Shown: positions 1-9,086, counted from the stretch's first letter. The stretch: 64,000 bases of DNA from an uncultured Clostridia bacterium (GCA_934162655.1 CAKPJL010000001.1:15417-79416), one strand, 5' to 3'. Made by a program: numbers and translations. The notes: generated from the letters alone by a model not told the origin.

Positions 1-681
1 ATCTTTATATTGTTTTAATATTTTCCAATACCCTTGTCTTGTCATTTTATTTCCATTAGTATTTATAAATAAAGTTTTCTCATCTTCTGTTTTAATTAAA
101 AGTGGTCTTACCTTATTCATGTATTCTTTAAGACATTTTAGAGATAATGCTCCAAGAGGTATATGTCTTTCACTGTTCTTTTTTCTAACCTTAATATATT
201 TTCCAGAAAGGCTAACATCTTCTACTCTAAGTGAGATTAATTCAGTTACTCTTATACCAGTTGCATATAAAATCTCAAGCATTGCCTTATCTCTTTGCCC
301 TTTTAATTCATTAGTATTTGGTTGTTCTAACAATTTTTCAATTTCACTAGAAGATAAAATCATAGGCTCTTTTCTATCTACTTTTGGTGCATCAACTTTT
401 TCTGCAATATTTTCTTCTGCAAGTCCTTTTGAAAGTAAGAACTTATAAAAAGCTTTTACTGAAGCAATAGATCTAGAAATAGTAGAATTAGATTTATTAT
501 TTTCTTCCAAATGGTTAATATATTCTTGCATATCTGATCTTCTTAAATCAAATACTTTTTTTCCTTGTTTTTCAAAATAATCACTAAATTGGATTACGTC
601 TCTTTCGTAAGAAGCAAGTGTATTTTCTGTTGCTTGTCTTGCTTTTAGGCTGTCAATAAATTCGTCTATCATTATCTTCAT
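1..681 (-). CDS. xerD: Xer-type tyrosine site-specific recombinase, N-terminal 227 codons (3' end runs off the window)
   Basis: Open at the window edge, so absent from the ORF track. Reverse-strand ATG at 681-679 with GGAGGA 7 nt upstream. My translation MKIMIDEFIDSLKARQATENTLASYERDVIQFSDYF...LKGQRDKAMLEILYATGIRVTELISLRVEDV shows the SAM-like N-domain and the ATG-I-R catalytic Arg box. Confidence 0.85.
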   Translation of the reverse strand, partial: MKIMIDEFIDSLKARQATENTLASYERDVIQFSDYFEKQGKKVFDLRRSDMQEYINHLEENNKSNSTISRSIASVKAFYKFLLSKGLAEENIAEKVDAPKVDRKEPMILSSSEIEKLLEQPNTNELKGQRDKAMLEILYATGIRVTELISLRVEDVSLSGKYIKVRKKNSERHIPLGALSLKCLKEYMNKVRPLLIKTEDEKTLFINTNGNKMTRQGYWKILKQYKD

Positions 682-800
682 GTTTAATTCCTCCAAATCT
701 GCCACTATTTTATAACATTTTCTTAAATTTTGCAAGTGTTTTTTAAAAAATTATGTAATGTTACACGAATTTATCAACTTTATATATTTTTTAGGACTTA

Positions 801-1400
801 TTATATGCTTTTCCATAAGTTTATAATTATAACTGACATAGTCTGTTCAAGTATTATTGATAAAAAAAACAAAGATACACTAACTATTATATTTTTAAGC
901 TCTTTAATAAATGTAGTAACCAAAATATTTTTATCTGTTATATCAAAATGAAAATTAATTGCGTTTATTAGCGTATATATTAATGTAGGAAGATATATTA
1001 TATTTGGTACAACAATTAAGCAAAGTATAGCATATATTCCATTTTTAACACCAAATATACTAAGTAGATTGCATGCATAAAAACCTATCGATATACCTTT
1101 TATAACCCCTATGAAAGTTGTAACCGGTGGGCCTATTATTAACAAGGCTGAAACATATATCAATATCATCATTACAATATTAAATTTACAAGAATTAATT
1201 ATTATATTAATTTTATTATAATTTTCTAATTTAGCAATATTTAATGCATCAGTACATGTACCATTTACCTCTTCTATTACATAAGTCGGCAAAAAGTTAT
1301 ATATCATAATCCCTATTACTATACCAACTACTATAAATATAGATATTACTTTTATTACTTTAATATTTTGTCCTAAATAGTTTATCAAATATTTTTTCAT
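801..1400 (-). CDS. spoIIM: Stage II sporulation protein M-like polytopic membrane protein
   Basis: 199 aa with multiple hydrophobic spans. VTTFIGVIKGISIGF and AILCLIVVPNIIYLP segments resemble the SpoIIM family; assignment from recall only. Confidence 0.55.
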   Translation of the reverse strand: MKKYLINYLGQNIKVIKVISIFIVVGIVIGIMIYNFLPTYVIEEVNGTCTDALNIAKLENYNKINIIINSCKFNIVMMILIYVSALLIIGPPVTTFIGVIKGISIGFYACNLLSIFGVKNGIYAILCLIVVPNIIYLPTLIYTLINAINFHFDITDKNILVTTFIKELKNIIVSVSLFFLSIILEQTMSVIIINLWKSI

Positions 1401-1452
1401 AAATAAAACTCACCATACAACATAATATGTTATATAGTAAGTTTTATTCATA

Positions 1453-1902
1453 CTAATTACTAAATTTATTTCTTTGCTCCACTGCTAAAGCATCGCATCT
1501 ATTGTTATATTCATTTGTGCTATGTCCCTTAACTTTTTTAAAAACTACTTTGTGGTTTTTTATAAGACTCAAAAGTCTCTCCCATAGTTCAATATTTTTA
1601 ACCTCAGATTTATCCTTCTTTTTCCAATTATTATTTTTCCATGAATATATCCAACCGTTTTGTATACTATTTACTACATAAGCACTATCGCTATATATAG
1701 TAACTATACATGATTCTTTTAACATTTCAAGCCCTTTTATTACAGCCAAAAGTTCCATTTTATTATTTGTAGTAAATTTTTCTCCACCGCAAATCTCTTT
1801 TTCTATACTACCATATATTAAAATTGCAGCATATCCCCCTGGACCAGGATTACCACTACATGCTCCATCTGTATAAATAACTACTTCTTTCATTTCATCC
1901 AA
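1453..1902 (-). CDS. rnhA: Ribonuclease HI
   Basis: TDGACSGNPGPGGY, TNNKMEL, YSDSAYV and KVKGHSTNEYNNRCDALA are the DEDD catalytic blocks of RNase H type 1. Confidence 0.9.
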   Translation of the reverse strand: MDEMKEVVIYTDGACSGNPGPGGYAAILIYGSIEKEICGGEKFTTNNKMELLAVIKGLEMLKESCIVTIYSDSAYVVNSIQNGWIYSWKNNNWKKKDKSEVKNIELWERLLSLIKNHKVVFKKVKGHSTNEYNNRCDALAVEQRNKFSN

Positions 1903-2001
1903 CCTTTACTTTTTATAAATATTATGTTAATATATAATATATTACACATACAAGTATATTAACATATAATATATATTTTGTAAACATTAGGGGGTGTTTT
2001 T

Positions 2002-3156
2002 ATAAAAGTTTTAGGAATTATTGCAGAATACAATCCGCTACATAACGGTCATATATACCATATAAATGAAGCAAAAAAAATAACAAATGCTGATGCAACA
2101 ATAATAGCTATGTCTGGTGCTTTTACACAAGCAGGTAATATAGGTATAATAGATAAGTTTGAAAGAGCAAATATTGCACTCATGCATGGTGCCGATCTTG
2201 TAATTGAAATACCCCAAATATATGTACTTTCTAGTGCAAATTATTTTGCTTATGGTGCAATTACTTTGCTAAATTCCCTAAAAATTGTAGACAATATATG
2301 TTTTGGTTCAGAATGCAATGACATAGACATAATAAAAAGCATAGCTAATAAAACAATATCATATGATGATAAAATTTGGGAAGAGATAAAAAATATGAGG
2401 CAAAAGAACATTTCATTTGCAAGTATAAGGCAAAATTATTTCAAAGATATTCTAACTGATAATGAACTTAACATACTAAAAAATTCAAACGATATTTTAG
2501 GAATAGAATATATAAAATCGCTTATTAGACTAAATAGCTGTATAAAACCATTTATAATTAAAAGAAATTATCATTTTACTAGTTCTACCAAAATAAGGCA
2601 AGCACTAAAAAATAATGACAGTATAATTAATCTAGTTCCAGAAGATATTTACAGTATAATAAATGATAACTATGTATTAAATGATGAGATTTACAAAATA
2701 ATTAGATATACTATTTTAAACAGCGACAAATTTTTACTTTCAAGTATTAAAGGAATATCGGAAGGAATTGAAAATAAGCTAATAAGTGAATTTAAAACAT
2801 CTAAAACTTATGATGAATTTATAAGTAACATAAAATCAAAAAGATATCAAATGAGTAAGATAAAAAGAATATTGCTTAATTTAATATTAAATATAACAAA
2901 AGAAGATTTTGATTATTCACTTAAAAATAACATAACATATTGCCATGTATTAGCTTCAAATGATGTGGGAAAAAAGCTACTTTCTAATATTTCTAAAGCA
3001 TCAAACATTAATATAATAACATCTATAAATGATAAAAAAATAAACAATTTATCTTCTGATATAAAAAAATATTTAGAATTTGACATAAAAGCTGAAAACA
3101 TCTACTCTATACTAAGTGGTAAAGATATAAATAAAGATTACACAAATAAATTATAA
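2002..3156 (+). CDS. tmcAL: tRNA(Met) cytidine acetate ligase (TmcAL/YlbM nucleotidyltransferase family)
   Basis: The frame of the listed ORF (ATG 2110) stays open back to TAA 1981-1983. It encodes (I)KVLGIIAEYNPLHNGHIYHINEAK...AMSGAFTQAGN, the HxGH N-terminus typical of TmcAL. No ATG/GTG/TTG precedes that motif; ATA 2002 lies 7 nt after AGGGGG. Confidence 0.8.
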   Translation: MKVLGIIAEYNPLHNGHIYHINEAKKITNADATIIAMSGAFTQAGNIGIIDKFERANIALMHGADLVIEIPQIYVLSSANYFAYGAITLLNSLKIVDNICFGSECNDIDIIKSIANKTISYDDKIWEEIKNMRQKNISFASIRQNYFKDILTDNELNILKNSNDILGIEYIKSLIRLNSCIKPFIIKRNYHFTSSTKIRQALKNNDSIINLVPEDIYSIINDNYVLNDEIYKIIRYTILNSDKFLLSSIKGISEGIENKLISEFKTSKTYDEFISNIKSKRYQMSKIKRILLNLILNITKEDFDYSLKNNITYCHVLASNDVGKKLLSNISKASNINIITSINDKKINNLSSDIKKYLEFDIKAENIYSILSGKDINKDYTNKL

Positions 3157-3174
3157 TTTGTGTAATCTTTTATT

Positions 3175-3939
3175 TTAATAACTAAAATCATAACAATATA
3201 CAGCAAGTATTCTATAATCATTCTCTCCTATTTTTTTAACCGTGAACTTATATGTATTTAATACTTCTGAATTCATATAATCAATTACCTTTTCATCCTT
3301 ATATAACTCTATATTTGATTCATTTGAAGGATATATACTATCAATATACACTTCATAAATACCTTCTGCATCAGTTTTATAAACCTTATTAATTTTTAAA
3401 ATAAAATCCTTTATAGTGATAATTTCAATTACTGATACTTTATCATCTGATAGGCTATAACTTGAGTTTGAAAAGTCTATACTTGATCCAAATATTTCTT
3501 GTGATTTTTTATTCAATTCTTCTGTGCTAATTGTAATTATCCCGTCATTTGCTTTAAAATATACATTAGAAAGTATCTCTATTTTATCATTTTCATCTAT
3601 TTTACCACTCTTAAATGATAACTTATATGAATTATTTACATATTCTCTTCTTTCAAGTATTTCATGAATTATTTTAGCACTTGCTAGTTTTGAATTTATA
3701 TCTATCTTTTCATTTGCACTAAGTTTTACTTCTTCATAACCTGCAACGCCACTCAAATCTATTTTATCAGTGAACTCATCTTTTATTTCCACATCGTTAA
3801 CCTTTTTTAGTGAATTTTCAATAACTCTCTGACTGCTTGCAATTATTATTTTATTATTAATTTTTGTAACAACTAATATAACTGCAAGGCCTACTGCAAC
3901 AAGAACAAGGACATAAAAAATCCAACCTCTTTTGTTCAT
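3175..3939 (-). CDS. Hypothetical N-terminally membrane-anchored protein
   Basis: 254-aa ORF with a single N-terminal hydrophobic helix (WIFYVLVLVAVGLAVILVV). No motif I recognise. Confidence 0.5.
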   Translation of the reverse strand: MNKRGWIFYVLVLVAVGLAVILVVTKINNKIIIASSQRVIENSLKKVNDVEIKDEFTDKIDLSGVAGYEEVKLSANEKIDINSKLASAKIIHEILERREYVNNSYKLSFKSGKIDENDKIEILSNVYFKANDGIITISTEELNKKSQEIFGSSIDFSNSSYSLSDDKVSVIEIITIKDFILKINKVYKTDAEGIYEVYIDSIYPSNESNIELYKDEKVIDYMNSEVLNTYKFTVKKIGENDYRILAVYCYDFSY

Positions 3940-4003
3940 AATATCACCTCATAATATAACTAGATTATATTATATATTAATTTAAAAATCAACTATTTTT
4001 AAT

Positions 4004-4042
4004 AAAAAAATAGAGTAATTTGAAATACTCCAAATTACTCTA
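4004..4042 (-). terminator. Rho-independent terminator after rplQ
   Basis: 12-bp stem tagagtaatttg/caaattactcta (4011-4022 and 4031-4042) with an A7 run on the plus strand (4004-4010), giving a U-run on the minus strand. Confidence 0.75.
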
Positions 4043-4056
4043 TTTATATAGTAAAA

Positions 4057-4578
4057 TTACACTAATTCAACTATTGCCATATCTGCATTATCGCCTTTTC
4101 TTGATACTAGTTTAACTATTCTTGTATATCCACCTTTTGCTTCATATTTTGGTGCTATATCATTAAATAATTTTTCAGTTAAATCAACTGTTTTACCATT
4201 AAAATCTTTGATTTTAACTAATGTATTAAACATTTTCTTTCTAGCTGCAAGTTTTGAAGGCTTATCAACATTAACATTTACTTTAACTATTTCTCTATCA
4301 ATAACTTCATATTTGTTTCCATTTTTTGAAGTTTTAGAAACCTTAACTTTTTTACCATTTTTATCTAATTTTGCCTTAGATATAGTCTTTTCTTTAACTT
4401 CAAAATTATCTTTTTCTTTTATAGCTAAATCTATTAAGCTATCTGCTAATGGTTTAACTTCTTTTGCTTTTGCAAGAGTAGTCTCAATTCTACCATTTAA
4501 TATTAAAGATGTAACTAAGTTATTAAGTGTAGCCATTCTATGAGAAGTTGATCTGCTTAATTTTCTAGTTCCTGCCAT
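4057..4578 (-). CDS. rplQ: 50S ribosomal protein L17 with an internal insertion of about 50 aa
   Basis: MAGTRKLSRSTSHRMATLNNLVTSLILNGRIETT at the N-terminus and GGYTRIVKLVSRKGDNADMAIVELV at the C-terminus are canonical L17. Start moved to ATG 4578, which has GGGAGGA 8 nt upstream; the ORF-track ATG overlaps the SD. Confidence 0.92.
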   Translation of the reverse strand: MAGTRKLSRSTSHRMATLNNLVTSLILNGRIETTLAKAKEVKPLADSLIDLAIKEKDNFEVKEKTISKAKLDKNGKKVKVSKTSKNGNKYEVIDREIVKVNVNVDKPSKLAARKKMFNTLVKIKDFNGKTVDLTEKLFNDIAPKYEAKGGYTRIVKLVSRKGDNADMAIVELV

Positions 4579-4599
4579 GAAAAACATCCTCCCTTTTAA

Positions 4600-5547
4600 T
4601 TAATCTTCTTTATTTTTAAATTCAAGACCTAAATCTTTTACTTTATTTGTTACTTCATCTAAAGATTTTTTACCTAAATTTCTTACTTTAATCATATCTT
4701 GCTCAGTTTTTGAAACAATATCTGCAACAATATTAATTCCGGCTCTTTTTAAACAATTATATGAACGCACAGAAAATTCTAGCTCTTCAATCGGTGTTTC
4801 TAAAAGTTTATCTTTCATAGATAATTCTTTTTGAGACATAATTGACATAGTTTTTGCAATTTCAGATAAATCTATAAACATTTCTAAATGTTCATTTAGT
4901 ATTCTTGCTGCCATAGATAATGCTTCATATGGCTCAATAACACCATTTGTCCAAATTTCAAGTGTTAATTTATCATAATCTGCTCTTTGACCTACACGAG
5001 TTTTATCAATTTTAAAATTAACTTTTTTAACCGGTGTAAATATTGAATCAATTGGAAGTACATTTAGACTTTCAGTAGGATGAGTTGCTCTATCCCCAGG
5101 CTCATAGCCTCTACCTTTTATAGCAGTAAGTTCAATATCTAGTTCTGAGTTTTCATCTACATATGCTATATGTAAGTCTTTATTTACAACTTCTATTGTA
5201 GAATCTGTAATAATATCTGCTGCTGTAACCTCGCATGGACCTTTAACTTTTATTGACATTGTTTTTTCATCCATATCCATTGATTTTAGACATACTTGTT
5301 TTAAATTAAGTATTATATCTGTAACATCTTCTGTTACACCAGGAATTGTAGTAAATTCATGATTTACTCCCTTAATTTTTACAGTGTTTATAGCATATCC
5401 TGGAAGTGAAGAAAGTAATATTCTTCTTAGTGAATTACCAAGAGTAATTCCAAAACCTCTTTCAAGAGGTTCTACTTCAAATCTAGCATAGTAAGTATCC
5501 ACATCAACTTCTACACATTTGATTTCTGGTCTTTGCATTTCAATCAT
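4600..5547 (-). CDS. rpoA: DNA-directed RNA polymerase alpha subunit
   Basis: FGITLGNSLRRILLSSLPG, a C-terminal ELSVRSYNCLKRAGI helix-hairpin-helix, and synteny rpsD-rpoA-rplQ. Confidence 0.97.
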   Translation of the reverse strand: MIEMQRPEIKCVEVDVDTYYARFEVEPLERGFGITLGNSLRRILLSSLPGYAINTVKIKGVNHEFTTIPGVTEDVTDIILNLKQVCLKSMDMDEKTMSIKVKGPCEVTAADIITDSTIEVVNKDLHIAYVDENSELDIELTAIKGRGYEPGDRATHPTESLNVLPIDSIFTPVKKVNFKIDKTRVGQRADYDKLTLEIWTNGVIEPYEALSMAARILNEHLEMFIDLSEIAKTMSIMSQKELSMKDKLLETPIEELEFSVRSYNCLKRAGINIVADIVSKTEQDMIKVRNLGKKSLDEVTNKVKDLGLEFKNKED

Positions 5548-5616
5548 TTTATTTCCTCCTTTAATGTGCTCTGATTACACACATTATTTTTTCATAAATG
5601 ATTATTATTTTATTAA

Positions 5617-6246
5617 TTAGTTTTTAGAGTATAACTCAACTATTAAGCTTTCTTGAACTTCAAGAGAAACATCTTCTCTAGTTGGTTTTCTTAAAACTTT
5701 AACTTCTGTTCTATCTTTATTTATTTCTAACCAAGATGGAACTGCTTTTAATTTATTAGCTTCTATTGAAGCTGTAATTGCTTTATTATCTTTTTTAGTA
5801 TCTCTTACTGCTACTACATCACCAACTTTTACTATATAAGATGGAATATTTACTTTTTTACCATTTACAGTCATCATTCCATAACCTACAAGTTGTCTTG
5901 ACTCAGCACGAGAGCTACCAATTCCCATTTGATAAGCTACATTATCAAGTCTTAGTTCTAATTGTTCAAATAGAATATCTGATGTTACTCCTTCACGTCT
6001 AAATGCTTCATTATAATATTTTCTAAATTGAGATTCAGAAACTCTATAATATGTCTTAGCTCTTTGTTTAGCTCTTAATTGAAGTCCATATTCAGATAGT
6101 TTTGATTTATTTTTTCCATGTTGTCCTGGAGCATATGATCTTCTATCAAGAGCACATTTACCAGAATTACATCTTGTTCCTTTTAAGAAAAGTTTTATAC
6201 CTTCTCTTCTGCATTTTTTACAAACTGCATCTGTATATCTTGCCAT
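5617..6246 (-). CDS. rpsD: 30S ribosomal protein S4
   Basis: MARYTDAVCKKCRREG...SEYGLQLRAKQ...RLDNVAY signature and synteny. Confidence 0.97.
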   Translation of the reverse strand: MARYTDAVCKKCRREGIKLFLKGTRCNSGKCALDRRSYAPGQHGKNKSKLSEYGLQLRAKQRAKTYYRVSESQFRKYYNEAFRREGVTSDILFEQLELRLDNVAYQMGIGSSRAESRQLVGYGMMTVNGKKVNIPSYIVKVGDVVAVRDTKKDNKAITASIEANKLKAVPSWLEINKDRTEVKVLRKPTREDVSLEVQESLIVELYSKN

Positions 6247-6264
6247 TTTAATCTTACACCCCCA

Positions 6265-6657
6265 CTATACTCTTCTTCTTTTTGGTGGTCTACAACCATT
6301 ATGAGGTATTGGAGTTACATCTTTAATCATGTTTATTTCCAAACCTGCTGCTTGAAGTGATCTTATTGCTGCTTCACGACCAGCACCTGGTCCTTTAACA
6401 AATACTTCAACGCTTTTTAAACCATGTTCTTTTGCTTTTTCAGCTGCAACTTCTGCTGCTTGACCTGCTGCAAAAGGAGTATTTTTTCTTGAACCTTTAA
6501 ATCCAAGACCACCAGCACTTGCCCAAGATAATACATTACCTTGTTCATCTGTCATTGTAATAATTGTATTATTAAATGATGATTGAATATGAGCTGCACC
6601 AGTTGATACATTCTTTTTAACTTTTTTCTTTGAAACTGTTTTCTTATTTGCTGCCAT
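6265..6657 (-). CDS. rpsK: 30S ribosomal protein S11
   Basis: [15 protein letters not shown]...[13 protein letters not shown]...[13 protein letters not shown]. Confidence 0.97.
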   Translation of the reverse strand: MAANKKTVSKKKVKKNVSTGAAHIQSSFNNTIITMTDEQGNVLSWASAGGLGFKGSRKNTPFAAGQAAEVAAEKAKEHGLKSVEVFVKGPGAGREAAIRSLQAAGLEINMIKDVTPIPHNGCRPPKRRRV

Positions 6658-6663
6658 AGTCTA

Positions 6664-7035
6664 CTATACTCCTTTCTTTCCTGCAACTACTTTTCTTGGA
6701 CCTTTTACTGTTCTTGCATTAGTTTTTGATCTTTGTCCACGAGCTGGTAGTCTGTTTTTGTGTCTTCTTCCTCTATAGCAATTAATTTCCATTAATCTTT
6801 TAATGTTTAATGCTACTTCTTTACGAAGATCTCCTTCTACTGTATAATCTCTATCGATTATAGCTCTTATTTTTGCTTCATCTTCTTCTGTGAAGTCTTT
6901 TACCCTTTTATTAGGGTCAATACCTGCTTCTGCAAGTATTTTTAAAGATGCAGAACGGCCTATTCCATATATTGCTGTTAAACCTATTTCTGCTACTTTG
7001 TTTTTTGGTAAATCTACACCTGATATACGTGCCAT
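6664..7035 (-). CDS. rpsM: 30S ribosomal protein S13
   Basis: [13 protein letters not shown]...[10 protein letters not shown]...[20 protein letters not shown]. Confidence 0.97.
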   Translation of the reverse strand: MARISGVDLPKNKVAEIGLTAIYGIGRSASLKILAEAGIDPNKRVKDFTEEDEAKIRAIIDRDYTVEGDLRKEVALNIKRLMEINCYRGRRHKNRLPARGQRSKTNARTVKGPRKVVAGKKGV

Positions 7036-7052
7036 AATTTCTACACCCCCAC

Positions 7053-7166
7053 TTAACCTTGTCTTTGTTTGTGCTTTGGATTTTCACAGATTACTCTAAC
7101 TACATTATTTCTTCTGATAACTTTGCACTTCTCACAAATTTTCTTTACAGATGGTCTTACTTTCAT
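7053..7166 (-). CDS. rpmJ: 50S ribosomal protein L36
   Basis: Below the ORF-track length cut-off. Reverse strand reads [37 protein letters not shown] (37 aa) with AAGGAGGA upstream, located between infA and rpsM. Confidence 0.95.
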   Translation of the reverse strand: MKVRPSVKKICEKCKVIRRNNVVRVICENPKHKQRQG

Positions 7167-7306
7167 TTTTAATCCTCCTTAAAATCTTTGTTAATTAATT
7201 TAACAAAAGTAAGTAATATATAATAAACAAACACTAAATATAAACTATTTTGGGCTTAAAACAGTTTACAGCCGCTTCAGTTATTTGCTTATCGCATTTT
7301 TAGTAA

Positions 7307-7525
7307 TTATTTAGCTCTCCATGTTATTCTGCCTTTTGATAAATCATAAGTTGATAATTCAAGTTTTACTTTATCGCCTGGTAAAATTTTAATATAATGC
7401 ATTCTTAATTTTCCAGAAATGTGTGCAAGAACAATATGTCCATTTTCAAGTTCAACTTTAAACATCGCATTTGGTAATGCTTCTGTTACTGTCCCCTCAA
7501 CTTCTATAACATCATCTTTTGCCAT
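7307..7525 (-). CDS. infA: Translation initiation factor IF-1
   Basis: [30 protein letters not shown]...[18 protein letters not shown]. Start trimmed to ATG 7525, which follows a GGAGGCA SD. Confidence 0.96.
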   Translation of the reverse strand: MAKDDVIEVEGTVTEALPNAMFKVELENGHIVLAHISGKLRMHYIKILPGDKVKLELSTYDLSKGRITWRAK

Positions 7526-7589
7526 TTTGTGCCTCCTAATAATTACATAATATTTGCATAAATTAAATTTAAGCAAAATTAACATATTT

Positions 7590-7618
7590 ATTATACCTTC
7601 TTTTTACTTAAAAGTCAA
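7590..7618 (-). promoter_or_regulatory. Consensus sigma-A promoter for infA-rpmJ-rpsM...
   Basis: Minus strand reads TTGACT (7618-7613), a 17-nt spacer, then TATAAT (7595-7590). Confidence 0.65.
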
Positions 7619-7669
7619 CAAAAAAAAGACATTTTTTATAATTTTTAGTAAATATACTAAAGAAACAAT

Positions 7670-7698
7670 TTGACTTTTTTTAAAAATATTGGTATAAT
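7670..7698 (+). promoter_or_regulatory. Consensus sigma-A promoter with extended -10 for the 99-aa gene
   Basis: TTGACT 7670-7675, 17-nt spacer ending in TGg, TATAAT 7693-7698. Confidence 0.65.
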
Positions 7699-7755
7699 GT
7701 CATATAATGTTTAATATTAAACAAATTTAATTAAATTTATTAGGAGGATCATTTT

Positions 7756-8055
7756 ATGTATACACTTGTAGGAACCACTTGGAAATGTGCTATTAAATAC
7801 ATATCTACTGGGCATAAAAATGGTAACGTTCCAAAAAATGCGATAAGAGGCGGAAATGGTACATACATTTGTATTATCCCAGCCAAATACTACTTTACTT
7901 TCGTTGATGAAAATGGGAAATGCTACATTTTAGAACTATATTCTAAGCTAAAATCTAAATATCCAGGCAAACGGTTTACTAAAGCTTTTAGAAAATCATT
8001 AGAAGAAGAAATAAAAAGTACCCCCATTGAGACTCTTAATGTATTTTTAACATAG
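7756..8055 (+). CDS. Hypothetical 99-aa protein inserted between infA and map, opposite strand
   Basis: ATG 7756 preceded by AGGAGGA. Own consensus promoter and two downstream hairpin terminators. Three G-x-(W/Y/C)-x-C/I-x-I beta-like repeats (GTTWKCAIKY, GTYICIIPAKY, GKCYILELY). Confidence 0.6.
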   Translation: MYTLVGTTWKCAIKYISTGHKNGNVPKNAIRGGNGTYICIIPAKYYFTFVDENGKCYILELYSKLKSKYPGKRFTKAFRKSLEEEIKSTPIETLNVFLT

Positions 8056-8065
8056 TATCTTAACA

Positions 8066-8100
8066 AAAGAGCAAAGCTATTAGCCTTGCTCTTTAATTTT
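8066..8100 (+). terminator. Rho-independent terminator after the 99-aa gene
   Basis: Stem aaagagcaaagc/gccttgctcttt with one mismatch, followed by a T-rich tract. Confidence 0.65.
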
Positions 8101-8120
8101 TAATATAATACAGTAATCAT

Positions 8121-8147
8121 AACCACGGGTATGACCCGTGGTTTTCT
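8121..8147 (+). terminator. Second GC-rich hairpin terminator
   Basis: aaccacgggt / acccgtggtt stem of 10 bp followed by ttttc. Confidence 0.6.
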
Positions 8148-8153
8148 TCGATA

Positions 8154-8190
8154 TCAAAAAAATTGAAATGAGTTAAAATTCATTTCAATT
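8154..8190 (-). terminator. Rho-independent terminator after map
   Basis: Stem aattgaaatga/tcatttcaatt. The plus-strand A-run 8156-8162 gives a U-run on the minus strand. Ends the adk-map transcript before infA. Confidence 0.6.
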
Positions 8191-8300
8191 TCAAAATATT
8201 ATAAAACATTATTTTTATCTTAGTAGATCTTCTTAGGTGTTTTCTTACCGTTTTTTAACCTTTAATATACTTTATAATATATTTTATTTAATTACTCTAA

Positions 8301-9071
8301 TTAATCAAGTGTTAATATCTTTGGTCCATCCTTAGTAAGAACAATAGTATTTTCATAATATGCAGTAAGACCTCCATCTTGTGTAATAACTGTCCACATA
8401 TCATCTGCTAAATAAACATCTTCACTTTTTTCACATATCATAGGTTCAATGGCTATCGCCATACCATTTCTAAGTCTTGGTCCTGTGCTTTTTTTCCCTA
8501 TATTTGGAATTCCTGGGTCCTCATGCATCTCACGACCTATTCCATGTCCTTCAAAGTCTCTTAAAAGTGTAAATCCTTGTTTTCTTACATACGTTTCAAT
8601 AGCATTTGATATGTCTCCTACCCTATTTCCTTCTACTGCCATATCAACTCCTGCAAAAAAAGCTGCTTCTGCTGTCTTTATTAGTTTTTTTGCCACATCT
8701 GATATTTTTCCAACTCCATAAGTACGGCCAGCATCTGAGTGAAAACCATTTTTATATGTTCCAAGATCTACACAAACAATGTCGCCTTCTTTTAATATAA
8801 CATCATCTGATGGTATACCATGTATTATTTCATCATTTACAGATGTGCATATTGCCCACTCATAATCTTTTCCACCCTCATATGGACATTCTACTCCCAT
8901 AAAAGATGGTGTAGCACCGTTTTGCTTCATAACCTTTCTTGCTACTCTATCAAGATGCCCTGTACTTACACCAGGTTTTATTTCTTTTTCTAATGCTTTT
9001 AGGACTAGTTTTAAAACTCTTGCAGATTCTTCCATTAATTCTATTTCTTTTTCATTTTTAATGTATATCAT
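8301..9071 (-). CDS. map: Methionine aminopeptidase type I
   Basis: ICTSVNDEIIHGIP, DIVCVDLG, HSDAGRTY, FEGHGIGREMHE and MAIAIEPM metal-ligand blocks. Confidence 0.95.
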   Translation of the reverse strand: MIYIKNEKEIELMEESARVLKLVLKALEKEIKPGVSTGHLDRVARKVMKQNGATPSFMGVECPYEGGKDYEWAICTSVNDEIIHGIPSDDVILKEGDIVCVDLGTYKNGFHSDAGRTYGVGKISDVAKKLIKTAEAAFFAGVDMAVEGNRVGDISNAIETYVRKQGFTLLRDFEGHGIGREMHEDPGIPNIGKKSTGPRLRNGMAIAIEPMICEKSEDVYLADDMWTVITQDGGLTAYYENTIVLTKDGPKILTLD

Positions 9072-9086
9072 TTTTCCATCTCTTTT

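Noticed and set aside
119-448. 109-aa plus-strand ORF from the ORF track
   Set aside because: It lies entirely antisense to the well-supported xerD coding frame. It has a low-complexity Ser/Phe/Leu composition typical of shadow ORFs and no SD.
730-951. 73-aa plus-strand ORF overlapping the spoIIM 3' end
   Set aside because: It is antisense to or overlapping the membrane protein gene. It has no SD and an AT-rich shadow-frame composition.
4208-4543. 111-aa ORF antisense to rplQ
   Set aside because: It lies inside a ribosomal protein gene on the opposite strand. The same judgement applies to the antisense ORFs inside rpsM (6890-7099), map (8449-8721 and 8606-8800), the helicase, tsaC, gerA genes, the FAD oxidoreductase, folC, topA, sipL and others in the track.
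7526-7585. N-terminal extensions of infA in the ORF track (similarly hpf 14573-14626, rplM 50761-50799, spoVAC 40868-40933, recX, holA, porD, rplQ and the 116-aa membrane protein)
   Set aside because: The extensions lack SD sequences and add non-homologous hydrophobic or AT-coded residues. Internal ATG/TTG/GTG codons with properly spaced SDs give N-termini that match the families.
7756-8055. Assigning the 99-aa protein to the DM9/DUF3421 family, or to the KOW-domain protein often found between map and infA in Clostridia
   Set aside because: The DM9 resemblance rests on a few residues (VPKNAIRGGNG, GKCYI). The KOW gene is normally co-oriented with infA, whereas this gene is on the opposite strand and lacks a KOW G-K motif context. 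It is left as hypothetical.
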